Virus record (IMG/VR): IMGVR_UViG_3300025127_000013
Location: 32,001 to 96,000 of that record
Length of the DNA: 64,000 nucleotides
Source: a virus
Direction: 5' to 3' (one strand)
Below are positions 23,901-32,513 of the stretch, piece after piece. The notes below the pieces were generated by a model. That model was not told the DNA's origin and searched no databases. It saw only the letters and a program-made list of their open reading frames with translations. Position 1 is the stretch's first letter. Each line of letters starts with the position of its first letter. Both the position numbers and the translations under genes were made by a program.

Positions 23901-26098
23901 AATTTTTCTTGAATAATTCAGAGTATACCAAACTTGAAGCTAATGGATTAACACTGAATACATTTAGATTTGAACCCGGTGAAGTATATATGGCAAGACT
24001 AAGACTTAGGTCGTCATATACCGGCTCTAGAACATATGATAAAGAAAAGGGTGCCGAAGGAGGCAATGCATTTTACGGAGTTGACGGAGCAAGAGATTTA
24101 GGCTTTGGTAAGGGGGATACTCCGAATTTATCCAGCTTTGATTTTAGTAATAGCGGTATAAATCTTTCAGGAACTTTTGAAATTCCACAAAACCCAAAAA
24201 GAAATAAAAACTTCAAACAAGATTTTATAATGTATAGTCGCCCGTCTGCTTTTGGCCCTGCCATGTCAGGAAGATTATACACCTCTTCTGTTGGCATGCC
24301 ATCATCGGTTGCAAATAATATAAATAATTTTGCACTTTCAGCTTCTGATTTTGGCTGTTCAGACTCAATAAGTGGATTTAACTGGGCTTACACTCCACCG
24401 TATTACGACGGTGAATCATGGGCTGATTTTATTTTCAAGCCTACTGGTTCTGAAACATACGATCTGCAAAGAATATTAACTGAAACTCAAGTTATAACTC
24501 GACGATATGACCCGGGCCAAGCATTTCAAATTGTTGCCGGTACGGGCCAGCCGGCAGCAGAAAATGTGGGAGTAAATACATTAAATGCTAGTCGCCCGCC
24601 CACAGTCGGTGGGGCATTTGTAAGACAATACTCGCCATATTCTGGAATCAACATTAACAACAATGCCATGCAAATAGATGCAGCAATTAATTTGTTTGGT
24701 ATAGAAAATGTGCCTAAGCAAAGATTTAATAAATTCGGTCAATTAGTAACTGATGAAAACGAAGTTGCTGCACAAAGATGGGTTATTCAACCCAAGTTTG
24801 AAACACCGATGATGAGCTTTTCTGATGAGGGTGTTAGACCAGTTAGCAATACAAACGGAACTCTTACATTACCACAAAATTTTGGTTCAGAATCTGTTCC
24901 GAGAGGAATGTGGCATCAATTTGGCACACTTCCCGAAGCAGCAAATAAAGGAATCTTTTTAGAAATTGGAGAAATCCCTAAAACTTGGCTACGACATCAT
25001 TACGAAGTTATTGGTAGCTCTTCATTATATAATGATTACAATATAGATGATGGAGAAGACATACACACTAAAGTCAAATCTTTTGCTGAATTAATGGGCT
25101 TTACTAACCAAAACTCCAGAGTTAGACTTGGTGAATTAGCAGAAAGAAGAATTATTAAAGAGGCTGTCGTTGCTGTGCCATATATAATGAAAGATGTGCC
25201 AGCCGCCGCTGGCCAAACTAGACCACTTTTAAAGGAATTTATTTCCATACCTGAAATTCGTTATCAAGCCGCACTAAGTGAAGCTGCAGGGTCGGCTGTG
25301 GGAGATTCATTAAATGCCGCCGGTAAATCAATTAGAAATCAAGTTAGAAAAATGAAACGATATGTGTTACCACCTCAATTAGATTTTATTAACAATACCG
25401 ATATTGATCCCATAGTGATGTATCTATTTGAATTTAGATATGAACTTGATAAAGATGATTTATCGTATATTTGGCAAAACCTTGCACCCAGAAACAGCCG
25501 CAGGATGTCTTTAGCTGAGGATGCCGTTGCACATGAATTGATTAATACAGAATTACTAACAGAACAAAATCTTTTTGACAATCCGAACTTGAGATGGATG
25601 GTATTTAAGGTCAAGCAAAAAAGTCAAGCAGAGTATGACAACATGATTACAAAACAGGTCAGCCACCCAGTTAATAATTTACAATTGGAACTTCAAGGCA
25701 CACAACAACAACCTAAAAAGTACGAACCTAAATTTAACTGGCCATACGATTATGTTTCAATTATTGAAACAGTTAAGGTTGAAGCTGATATCTTGTATAA
25801 GGGTGATGTATCGCCACCAGAAATCTCAGGGCCTGCACTTGGCACACCATCTCAAGGAGTAGCTCCCGGTATAAATGCAGTCTTTGATAGGCCACAGATC
25901 CAAGGGCCTGAACTTGGCACACCAGCTCAAGGAGTTGCTGCTCCGGGTAGCACTACTGGCAGAATAAATGATATTCTTGATAAAGCTAAGCGGAGAGCTA
26001 GATATGCCAACCCAACAGCAAAAAGAGCAGATTCTAAACCCGTGACAGCAGCAGATAGTGGCCCCGGCCCTGACTTTGACTTGGATAGAACAGAGTAA
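14954..26098 (+). CDS. giant baseplate/tail protein with LamG-like (concanavalin A) domains (3714 aa)
   Basis: LamG-like motifs TIEFWAK...WKHYSFV...LYVDG...GSIDEFRFWKVAR and NHYALV...LYFNG...SIDEFTFW; IYKAKGTEKAIRNVLRCF is typical of baseplate wedge proteins. Confidence 0.75.
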   Translation: MSTKDLFTRNYLTDKNEKDAFSEVESAENIKQVREKQTTFVPNVDYTDPLSFARYGSARLYYKSAIDRVVDFYPYDGSQAELNEFYNKSLDIEKYIFNNRYPRTTGYANFSPNGWGTATSRPGGYGSSNVNEYITFKAGPNSTSQTAALKSLIPDSETSTYQYSNIYDESLYTNEGLPSDYGQGTRTSNLKSNFDTGVTIEFWAKTGSLDTSLTEKQVIVDIWNNELSSSAHYGRITVELDGTTGGSTPWLVTVESGSTSVFQQSVGTDLSIHTLSDWKHYSFVLQNSGSDFHIKLYVDGQHNDTEVVSSKAVSEINPENLMGRIGALQTAPKGLEDVSKISNYSGAGKLSGSIDEFRFWKVARNPKQVGQNWFTQIRGGVNTDISNTTLGMYYKFNEGITNSSSLDSVVLDYGGRVCNGTWTGYAAASRNTGSAIVSASAAGSEYLDPIIYSVHPDVVSLKRELEDLGTFHDSQNNSMFLKSVPAWILEEAEDLGNSDLEKLTHIMGAYFDKLYLQIQAIPKLRQQNYVSSSDQPLPFSQNLPQSLGLNTPEIFIDSTVLEKFANRSDTKLFQEDLQETKNLIYQNIYNNLADIYKAKGTEKAIRNVLRCFNIDDNLIYLRAYSNNQLFELKNNLKQTQKKTRLLNLNKQTSTTAVVYQAADPSVTDARGFISGSEGLAYEDNYGFTAEVGVKFPKFFRSLDKIDREFINTVSIFGMHSASVDNPSETTIFSSDTANFQVQAVRDKVYSKNVFFRLSSSVTPFPAPLLTSSLYYNVYDDENWNLSVGLRPSKYPFVNISSGSEDFTYDFVFRGYNNKLGTVNNSFELTASVSKEVGQNFLRAAKRLYVGATNENITGSTNTVQSDVQYTDARYWTKYIDSYTLKQHSVDRENFGLSGSYRSIDPVTTPIDNQNSYNFNSLALDWFFETVTGSDAAGQFYVTDLSSGSALLRNNFGWAGQIGGHPHTGRGRGFQANDDQVAVNQIVNEFKFTEPEMVISSDMVQVLDEDDELLGTFDQVPNYVFVLEKSLYGAVSEEILDFFAGSLDFNNLIGDPVNRYRKEYKSLNYLRNIFFERFQKISTVEKYVDYYKWFDDALATIISQLVPASADFINDVYNTVESHVLERNKYQSQFPTIDFKQADPEASIRGIVETKLNYQQDLFGGVETSPRPTNVHKNFWRRRALPGPPGIADHEITSSDASVDTKRRKIRAGLYSRPQFSSSMPTLTKTDGTKYSLNRLLETQKAGTVDFSGPENVTINRTIVGGVNFEHNKDIHYTYASLYPAGPVMAPAGGVFVPQNVLYARTDDTNRVDTLEDWILDGNVGVKRKKHLKVVQGRDYNDGLGYTCNKNSFAFPFNVMSSSITGGVDDFIRRRTELDISITNLHNDVYGNEMEVPMQGPFTNYAVGGHQSRHIALNSGSDTYTNRPEAWKILLGVRGDCPDGEALTGAIGMAAPDYPWPEANDVGVTPYPMTASHKAVYYRDHIAKRPVNIKNIQVSTGSTILGNFEHKYEVVHSFGAFENPRNFIETQPSLPTNLFQSRATSSTQTRTFYDTRRSSGSHFEFMADYDVGYLSGTNNNTIITTKFDHGAGGMLTNGNGYRDFRSNEFSVYNSINNRFLSVKRRSQVSTGQTSEIVGSGTAGIRVFDIHGNDFGLTAHASRHTARFGRDSNLVSTPGASYVESPGFHKIHRNNKDCVRITNETLVPIFSPNLTLINRQGVAFASSNSNSAFLLTGALGGSPAGEPLVKSPDLLAGISGSGFSWTGLIKFHAQQTHTSPASETRERIWAMGLNSSSKIRAKLERVKAGSGDHRFRIYFTIGTTGGGGAGDLEYQWHFPAGTFDLSSSYNHYALVFGSPNNGVGGANRSIPDGQLNQSAQFLTSAVLYFNGVSQSAASISSNRPDYNDTNGSFSSFRGFAALKPKGQSYMQIGGGLGAADQPLSASIDEFTFWTTPLFATGVTQIYNGGIPCDVTASSVYSNSGSSLWDWIRFENSADTNAIALDGANPGTYNGTTNKLIGFNNNQFLPVAISGTPLGMGDATDVPEGCTPLLQGYNSVLTIATQSMFDNFNIQHQIPQMSKQYGWITASLVNDHGICGFYRPDFRRRVSSSSGINYVDSFDFLTASTIGSTVDNANLRFIGEANEVTGSNILLQTGRLNLNVIENIDSASNTMTYPVRTSPYPVFTNQLNSFINWRPSGGPDVRGGLIATGSVASGQIQFTGLPTVGQKIAIRSTDGTLKTYVGANATDTTSNEFKVGGGSTATSAAEQLTLCINAAQGHNGKIIAEDLSSARIQLTQRDAGLNGNTVIDSDLSNVISATSFRLVGGTGLFRNQDAGAFNQLMFKRGNQFGYPTWRQVRQQDHPILVNERLNNKITAIKGSQLTEHDLRPVSMVGRPSFANFTYLTDPANFSTVQNATFKTSYSNEYVLFNTRELNEIANIDFSNQVTPFEQLVALQEYKPAGIPVYNLNWVLYQENLFPSLRNEFASASVTRVGYDSKFWRVNQNARVSGNVGNPNSLGMTGSGLGTDTTAGKLSLLTQSMWPLDAPLDFETRRTPALVTADVASSLMRSNSAGELQNTYSTYGIQNSSGSGTFSTSDMAASIRNAALYSRKHFLTSPRSLNSPGGIKPITVPLGIEQQPGPIETDPTAYGLAPVTTGSGEAKWDAAQNAGYLTTSNGITGFVSAPSEPFYDNYDEFRAEIKTVAKGYNIIPEFRISEQVENYIKFGILGGENTETFDIPGTQINSSQRNFYRDYSNSDFLENFLDVRQMTDLAAKEIKLTCRAAIKFHPYKGFYPAQRSLDLVTQFSKSYSRNIGVWEMQSSGTGSVFTAETFEQFGINLMQTIYAKPVSTPLFAPGILYNSIKSGLAVDYPVVTDHTRVEIQHITGTVNGEENYVFGTAHNTGSDFFNQYRTGSYFDKRLPFETIINPASQMKGVELNIFEPHPSQSFNYPAEGITSSIGNSPADNIYTLMASNYFAEVGKFFLNNSEYTKLEANGLTLNTFRFEPGEVYMARLRLRSSYTGSRTYDKEKGAEGGNAFYGVDGARDLGFGKGDTPNLSSFDFSNSGINLSGTFEIPQNPKRNKNFKQDFIMYSRPSAFGPAMSGRLYTSSVGMPSSVANNINNFALSASDFGCSDSISGFNWAYTPPYYDGESWADFIFKPTGSETYDLQRILTETQVITRRYDPGQAFQIVAGTGQPAAENVGVNTLNASRPPTVGGAFVRQYSPYSGININNNAMQIDAAINLFGIENVPKQRFNKFGQLVTDENEVAAQRWVIQPKFETPMMSFSDEGVRPVSNTNGTLTLPQNFGSESVPRGMWHQFGTLPEAANKGIFLEIGEIPKTWLRHHYEVIGSSSLYNDYNIDDGEDIHTKVKSFAELMGFTNQNSRVRLGELAERRIIKEAVVAVPYIMKDVPAAAGQTRPLLKEFISIPEIRYQAALSEAAGSAVGDSLNAAGKSIRNQVRKMKRYVLPPQLDFINNTDIDPIVMYLFEFRYELDKDDLSYIWQNLAPRNSRRMSLAEDAVAHELINTELLTEQNLFDNPNLRWMVFKVKQKSQAEYDNMITKQVSHPVNNLQLELQGTQQQPKKYEPKFNWPYDYVSIIETVKVEADILYKGDVSPPEISGPALGTPSQGVAPGINAVFDRPQIQGPELGTPAQGVAAPGSTTGRINDILDKAKRRARYANPTAKRADSKPVTAADSGPGPDFDLDRTE
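25829..25948 (+). repeat. imperfect ~42 bp direct repeat in the C-terminal tail of the giant protein
   Basis: gggcctgcacttggcacaccatctcaaggagt at 25829 vs gggcctgaacttggcacaccagctcaaggagt at 25904 (GPALGTPSQGVAPG / GPELGTPAQGVAAPG). Confidence 0.85.
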
Positions 26099-26109
26099 GG
26101 AATAATATT

Positions 26110-27156
26110 ATGGCTAAATTTTTAGATAAAAAAGAAAGAGTAATGGATATTAAGCTCACTAGCTATGGTAAACACTTGCTTTCAACAGGCAAATTTAAGC
26201 CTGTGTATTATGCATTTTATGATGACAATATAATTTATGATGGAGATTATATAAATAACAATGAATCACAGAATGGTGCCCATACAAGAATTAAAGAAGA
26301 AACACCATATATTGAAAGTCTAGTTTTGTTTGAAGATATAGACAACAAAATGCAAAAAATTCCAACAGTTGATGAAACTGGTTTAGGAATTATTAGTATC
26401 GATACTGTTCCGCTAGAATCAGAAAAGCCAAGAATAGACAACTTCAGATATGATAATGCAATCGGAGATGCACTTTTAAATGGAGAGCAACCAAATTTAG
26501 TGCCATCATGGAAGCTAATCAGTTTACAAAGCCACATAACTTCATCTGCAAGAACACAAACTGAAACATCAGTGGTACCAATTCCAATACCACAAATTAA
26601 TATATCAGCATCTTATAAAAAACAAATAGTAGATTCTACAGACATTAGTATCATACCTGATTCTATTACAGAAACTGAAATACAAACCTCTGTGTTTGCG
26701 GACAATAAGATTATTCAGCTTGTTATGGATGATCCAATCATTTATCTAGAAGAGGTAAACACTGAGCTATTAAACGAAAACTTTGAGATCGAGGTATTTG
26801 AATTGGAGCCCGGCTTAAAAAGTGAAAGTTTAACAAGAAAATATTTTGAATCTAAAAAAGAACAAATTGTAGATGGTATGATGGTCGCTGCAAATCCTAC
26901 CATCGATCAATCACAAAGTGATGGAGAAGAACCTCCTAATAATGATATACCATTTAGTAAAAATGCGGTAGAATATTATTTTACGATTCTTAAAGATAAG
27001 GATGTCGATCAAGAAATTGTTTGTAAATCAATGCAAAAATTTAATAAAGACAATTATTATGTTGATTTAGATTTTGATTGTAACACAGAAGATGAAGAAA
27101 ACTTTTTCAATGATATTTATGGTAGTGAGGTGGTTCCAGAAATATGCCTAGATTAA
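26110..27156 (+). CDS. virion structural protein (N-terminus paralogous to 35403..36407)
   Basis: FLDKKERVMDIKLTSYGK...GKFKPVYYAFYDDNIIY aligns with FLDNSGDIILDAVLTDVGR...GDFRISKFSVGDDEIDY. Confidence 0.65.
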   Translation: MAKFLDKKERVMDIKLTSYGKHLLSTGKFKPVYYAFYDDNIIYDGDYINNNESQNGAHTRIKEETPYIESLVLFEDIDNKMQKIPTVDETGLGIISIDTVPLESEKPRIDNFRYDNAIGDALLNGEQPNLVPSWKLISLQSHITSSARTQTETSVVPIPIPQINISASYKKQIVDSTDISIIPDSITETEIQTSVFADNKIIQLVMDDPIIYLEEVNTELLNENFEIEVFELEPGLKSESLTRKYFESKKEQIVDGMMVAANPTIDQSQSDGEEPPNNDIPFSKNAVEYYFTILKDKDVDQEIVCKSMQKFNKDNYYVDLDFDCNTEDEENFFNDIYGSEVVPEICLD

Positions 27157-30100
27157 CTTATAGTGGAGATACTACAGATTTATTTGGCAAGTTCTTGCCA
27201 ACTCCTGTATTTGATGGCATAAAAATTAAAAGTATATCTCCGTCAGACCAAGACATAATTGATGCAGGAAGATTGTATGGTGCTATTGCTGGACCTAATC
27301 CTGATATTAATCTTGCAAATGCAGCAAGACTTGAAGTAAAAACATCATTAATGTTTAATTCAGATGATTCTTTTACTCCAGAAGAATACTTTAATACTTT
27401 ATTAACAAACGGTGTTGATAATTCACCATCTTTATATTTAAATATCATTGCCATAAAGGAAAGCGATTCTAGTAAAAATCTTATAAACCAACTAAAAAAT
27501 GATAAGTTAAATCTTTCCAACATTCGTACCGCACTAGATTCAATCTCTGTTAGCACAGCTAGATATCATGATTTAAAAGGTACACCAACGGACATAACTT
27601 CTGATTTGATAGTGAACGATTTGCTAAATCGAACATCATACCAAGTATATTCGATACCCTACAGCACTAATGTTGCGAATTATAGTTACACTTCGGACTA
27701 TGATGAAGACGGAAATCCAATATTCAATACTGGTAACATAACATTTAGCTTTTTAATTTCAAACTTTAAAATTCTAGAAAATGTATCAATTTTTGCTTGT
27801 CTGTCTACTCGTGACATTAAAGACATATCGTTACAATCACGAGCCATGTTTACATTAAACTTTGGTGACATAAGCTATGAAGATGTTAAAATAGCTGGAA
27901 AAGTTGCAAAGTTTGGAGATGCGGTTTACATTGATTCAAATAATCTAGTTTACCCAAGCATGCCATTAATGGCTCTAGATTCAAAATTTTACAAAACCGA
28001 CAATGTTTCAAAGTTAGATTTAAATAAATCTCTTGATCCAATAATACAAAATTATAGCAAGTTTATGAAAAATGATAAGTCCTTGAAAAGACAAATTGAC
28101 AATATTATATTTGTAAGACAGAAATATTTTGCCTCCCCAGAATTACTGCCAAACCTTCAAAAAGCAAATAAATTATCACCTAGCAAAAGTCCTAACAATA
28201 ACATAGGCAGAATGTATGATGAAATTAGGATTGTGATTAATAATTTTAATGTTGCACTTTTAGGTGAACAAGAAGTAGTAAAAAGAATATTTAGAAATAA
28301 TAAAATCTTAGATTTAAGAGATCTATTTGATTTAGAGTTTGTTGGTTCATATGATCAAGAAAATGAAACTAATCCATTTATAGATAGAGACTACATTTAT
28401 ATGAACAAACTACATTCTAATGTGGCAAAATATGTACCTGTTTCTGACACTATGAATTGGCCCGGAAAGGCTGAGCTGCCGGTTACATCTGCAGAGTTGA
28501 GAGATAGAACAAATGAAAGAGTTTCTAGACTTAAACAAGAGATATTTAAATTATTTGAAGAATCAATAGCCAATAGTGTAGAAGATGTTGATATAAGTTC
28601 ACAAATAGACGATGCAAATAGATGGGTACAAGGATTTGTTAATTTCTGGAGTGGACAGATTGAGAGACTAGAGGCAGAAACAAGAGATGCACGGCGAGGC
28701 AATATCGAGTACGATGAAATCATCGCTTCGAGAGTAACAAATAGTCAGGTGTTTTTTGCAAAGGAAGATTCATTGGATGATATCAACACTGTTAGTGATA
28801 AAGAAGCAAGAGATATAAAATCATATGTCCTTAAACAATTTGGCCCTGCTCTAGCTCCGTCTCCATATTCGCCCAACCCAAATCCTAAAGGATTATCAGC
28901 CGGTAGAATGAATGAATTGTATGTTTGGCAAGCAGGCTCAGGCGGCCAAATACAACTTATTTTTCCAAGGGTCGTCGGCCCCGGGTATTTTCTTCCAAGA
29001 ATTGGTACAACCAGAAAAGACCATGTTGATCAAGCAAATACTGTTGTTGCAGAATATGATCTTTTTGATTCACAGTATTTAGAGACCACCTTTCCCAGAG
29101 AGAGCAGGGCCCGACGATTCTTTCGAGTTGCCCCTATATACGATAAAGACCGCTATGATTCATATATCGTCGGTATGATAATTCGCGGCCTCCAAAGGTT
29201 TAGAACGAACGATGGAGAAGTTTTTAAAGAAACTTTGCAAAATGATATTGTTAACTTTCTTACCGCTAATGGCAATTTATTGGAGGCTGAACTCGATGCC
29301 ACCGGCGAGCGAGATCAAACCAGCGATCTCTTGAGCAATGGACTACAAAAGAAATTTATTCAGGTTAGAAACTCGATTGTAAACAGCTTTAAATCCAAAA
29401 TTAATGACACCATTGATGAGATAGTAAACGATCCAAACTTACTAACTCAACTTTTGCAAGAAAATGAAAGAGATAATCTTGCATCGCAAATATTTACTAA
29501 GTTAGAAAGAAGTTTAAGATCTATTGTGCAAACTAATTTATCTTCTGATAGATACACAGCCGTTCTAGCAACCCCATATAACGATTACGAGTACCAAGAT
29601 AAGACAGCCAAAGCAAAATTAATTAAAACAGGCGACGATGATAACAAAGGTGTAATATACGGAAAATATCAAGGTTTGGATGATAGATATCAGCCCGGCT
29701 ATGCTTCTGGCGGGTCAATGTGGTATCATAAAATTGATTTGTCTGCATCGCTGAGAGAATCGATTAGAAGTGGGTTTAGTTCATTGGAAAATGAAGTAGA
29801 GAATTTGATTGAAAATATACTTGAAGAAGTATTGCAGCTTGAAAGTATAAACATGGATGGTAGATTATTTGATAAATTAGCTAATACAGATATAATCATT
29901 CAAAAATCAGGATATTTCTTTTTTGACTATGAAAAGTTTGTCAGGAGAAGATCTTTTATATCAAGGTATATTGATGTTGGCAGATTAGTAGATTTTTCAT
30001 CTCAAGGTAAAGAAATAACCAATGCTTCTATTAAGCTTGATCGCATTACATATTTTAATAGAACTTACAACACTCAAATGGAATTGAAAAAAGATCGTAC

Positions 30101-31106
30101 AATGCCACAAAATCCAGTTGAATACGAGAGCTTTAGATTTTTCACTAGCCGAGCCGAAGACGGTAAACTACTATCTTATCCAAGAGCACCTTTATCAACT
30201 GTATTATCTTTTGATGATTTCTTCAATACGACACCGGTGGCCGCTGTCCGGGCAACCCTACCGGTCGGTGCGGAGACCGTTACCGGAATTGAGTCTGTAG
30301 GCCCGGTCGTGACCGCCGCGACAGGACCAAAGTCAGTCGATGCATTCTCACAATTAGTTCAGAGAAATTTTAACTTTACTAATTTTAATGATGGTCTCTT
30401 AAGAGAGGGTATAACTTGGAAGGATGACTACAGATTAAATCTGTTCCAGTATAAATTTTTCATTGATGACGATAGATTTAATAGAGCAACAACCGTTGGT
30501 CCGTCTGGCATTGCATCTGTTAGTCCTACAAAAGAAGGTCACTCAAGAGATCTACATAGAATTACTATTAAAATTGAGGATGATTCATATCTAGCTTTAA
30601 TAGCTATAATTGATACTTACGATAGAATTTACACAAATTTTAAAAATAATTATTATGATTTGGCACTAGAACAATGTTCTTATAACGAATACTCTGAAAG
30701 ATTTAATGATTTTTTTGTATCAGCAATTAAAGAGAAATTTCCCGGTATTCTCAATCCATGGGCTAAAATGGTCTCTGTGTATGTGCAGTACATAAATATG
30801 TTTACAAATAGTTTTGAAGGTAGCTATGTAGAAATGGTTGATTTTGGAGAAAAAATGTTAAACAGCATTAGGCCCGAAACGGGAACTTTGGATCGGTTAG
30901 TAAGTGTAAATGATGCATTTGCTTCGTTTAATAATCGTTTACAAAATTTAAAAAATCTAGCAGAGGTGGATTATGAAACTTATAGTCGTACTCAAGTAAT
31001 AAGTATTGATAATGACATTGAAAGAGGTATATTGGATCACATCGCCGATCATTCTGTTTTGTCTAATTCATTGGAGCCATTTCCTGACCCACCGGAGTCT
31101 CTGTAA
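27144..31106 (+). CDS. large hypothetical virion protein (1320 aa)
   Basis: Long ORF coupled within the structural block. Confidence 0.65.
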   Translation: MPRLTYSGDTTDLFGKFLPTPVFDGIKIKSISPSDQDIIDAGRLYGAIAGPNPDINLANAARLEVKTSLMFNSDDSFTPEEYFNTLLTNGVDNSPSLYLNIIAIKESDSSKNLINQLKNDKLNLSNIRTALDSISVSTARYHDLKGTPTDITSDLIVNDLLNRTSYQVYSIPYSTNVANYSYTSDYDEDGNPIFNTGNITFSFLISNFKILENVSIFACLSTRDIKDISLQSRAMFTLNFGDISYEDVKIAGKVAKFGDAVYIDSNNLVYPSMPLMALDSKFYKTDNVSKLDLNKSLDPIIQNYSKFMKNDKSLKRQIDNIIFVRQKYFASPELLPNLQKANKLSPSKSPNNNIGRMYDEIRIVINNFNVALLGEQEVVKRIFRNNKILDLRDLFDLEFVGSYDQENETNPFIDRDYIYMNKLHSNVAKYVPVSDTMNWPGKAELPVTSAELRDRTNERVSRLKQEIFKLFEESIANSVEDVDISSQIDDANRWVQGFVNFWSGQIERLEAETRDARRGNIEYDEIIASRVTNSQVFFAKEDSLDDINTVSDKEARDIKSYVLKQFGPALAPSPYSPNPNPKGLSAGRMNELYVWQAGSGGQIQLIFPRVVGPGYFLPRIGTTRKDHVDQANTVVAEYDLFDSQYLETTFPRESRARRFFRVAPIYDKDRYDSYIVGMIIRGLQRFRTNDGEVFKETLQNDIVNFLTANGNLLEAELDATGERDQTSDLLSNGLQKKFIQVRNSIVNSFKSKINDTIDEIVNDPNLLTQLLQENERDNLASQIFTKLERSLRSIVQTNLSSDRYTAVLATPYNDYEYQDKTAKAKLIKTGDDDNKGVIYGKYQGLDDRYQPGYASGGSMWYHKIDLSASLRESIRSGFSSLENEVENLIENILEEVLQLESINMDGRLFDKLANTDIIIQKSGYFFFDYEKFVRRRSFISRYIDVGRLVDFSSQGKEITNASIKLDRITYFNRTYNTQMELKKDRTMPQNPVEYESFRFFTSRAEDGKLLSYPRAPLSTVLSFDDFFNTTPVAAVRATLPVGAETVTGIESVGPVVTAATGPKSVDAFSQLVQRNFNFTNFNDGLLREGITWKDDYRLNLFQYKFFIDDDRFNRATTVGPSGIASVSPTKEGHSRDLHRITIKIEDDSYLALIAIIDTYDRIYTNFKNNYYDLALEQCSYNEYSERFNDFFVSAIKEKFPGILNPWAKMVSVYVQYINMFTNSFEGSYVEMVDFGEKMLNSIRPETGTLDRLVSVNDAFASFNNRLQNLKNLAEVDYETYSRTQVISIDNDIERGILDHIADHSVLSNSLEPFPDPPESL

Positions 31107-31669
31107 TGATTAAAATACCATTTGAAACATCGCAAATTAAAAAACAACCAAAGCTTCAAACTAAAAATAAAAATAAGTTTATATTAAGTGACAAAATTGT
31201 TAATAAAAATATTGAACCAACACTGTTTAATGTTCAAAATGCCGCAATTTCTATGAAGGCTATATCAAACCCAGCCGCTAGTCGTCCGGTTGTTAGAACA
31301 ATTGAAACCGACCTGCCAAAGATTTCTATCGCTACTTTAATTGAAATGAATGTTGGTCTTAGTAGTTTGAAAGAAGACTTTTCTTTATTAGAAGATAACA
31401 GCCCACAAATTGATTTATCAAACTCAAATATTATATCTAATGTTGAATTGGACAATCTTACTAACGAACCAATTAAACCCAGTGGGTTTGAACTAGCTAA
31501 CGATCCTTTCTACGAACTTGATGATAATAGATTGCCCGGAGCAAATAGCAATGACTTACAAAATGCAAAAGCTTTTATTCCTCCAATTGATTCTTCACAA
31601 ATACTAGAAGGTTTGCATGTTTTTAATCAAAGTGAAAATTATTTTGGCAAAAACAAATACTATAAATGA
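31106..31669 (+). CDS. hypothetical protein
   Basis: ORF coupled by a TAATG overlap. Confidence 0.6.
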   Translation: MIKIPFETSQIKKQPKLQTKNKNKFILSDKIVNKNIEPTLFNVQNAAISMKAISNPAASRPVVRTIETDLPKISIATLIEMNVGLSSLKEDFSLLEDNSPQIDLSNSNIISNVELDNLTNEPIKPSGFELANDPFYELDDNRLPGANSNDLQNAKAFIPPIDSSQILEGLHVFNQSENYFGKNKYYK

Positions 31670-31679
31670 GAGATAATTA

Positions 31680-32513
31680 ATGAGTACAACGAATAATGCA
31701 ATATTTACTGATAGAGATAGAGATATAGAAGCTGGAAGTCTCGATGTATTAGAAGAAGATTTAACTACAGTTATTCCTAATAATACTCAATTAATGGTGG
31801 GCAGCAATGTCCTAACTGATGGCGAAGTCATTGATACTAATAGTTTTACATACGAAAATGCAGTGCTGAACATAGGCTTACAAACAGAAAATTTCTTAAA
31901 TATATCACCTGAACAATTTGAACTTTACTCTCAGACTTTAAACGACAGTATTGGTCTTATGGTTATTAATATGGACAATGTTACAGTAGTTGATGGTAAG
32001 GCTTTAACTGAAACAGTCCCGATGTTCGCACACACTGCTAATGATTCGTTAGCTGATCCAGAGATAAATATGAGTTTTCAATATGGTTCACAACATGCCA
32101 GTGGTATCTTACCCATGGATGAAATATCATATGAGCCATTCGGGCCGGAGGCATATAACTCTGGTGAATTTACATCTCTTAAAAATAAGTTTGGATATGA
32201 AATACTTTCTGATGAGCCCGAATCGGCTGCTTATTATGAAACAGAAATTAGAATTAATAATAGCATTAATGATTTAGTAAGAGACATCGCTTCTGGTCTT
32301 CTTACAACTAGACCATTAACAAAAACGACTGCCAGATTAGAATTAACAGATGAACTATTTCAATCTATTACGACCGATGAAAAAATAAGCACCCGAGCTT
32401 CATTGTCGCCGTCTAGTGCAGCGACAACACCAGTTGAAATCTCTGTCCCGGTTACCAGCGGAGGAGCAACAGGTGGCGGTGGAGGCTCTGGAACCGACGG
32501 GAGCGGTTACTGA
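31680..32513 (+). CDS. hypothetical protein with Gly/Ser/Thr-rich tail
   Basis: ORF in the operon; acidic; ends GGATGGGGGSG. Confidence 0.65.
   Translation: MSTTNNAIFTDRDRDIEAGSLDVLEEDLTTVIPNNTQLMVGSNVLTDGEVIDTNSFTYENAVLNIGLQTENFLNISPEQFELYSQTLNDSIGLMVINMDNVTVVDGKALTETVPMFAHTANDSLADPEINMSFQYGSQHASGILPMDEISYEPFGPEAYNSGEFTSLKNKFGYEILSDEPESAAYYETEIRINNSINDLVRDIASGLLTTRPLTKTTARLELTDELFQSITTDEKISTRASLSPSSAATTPVEISVPVTSGGATGGGGGSGTDGSGY

Noticed and set aside
25829-25948. Direct repeat as a possible CRISPR array or DGR template/variable repeat
   Set aside because: There are only two in-frame copies encoding a peptide duplication, and no cas or reverse transcriptase gene is visible in the window.
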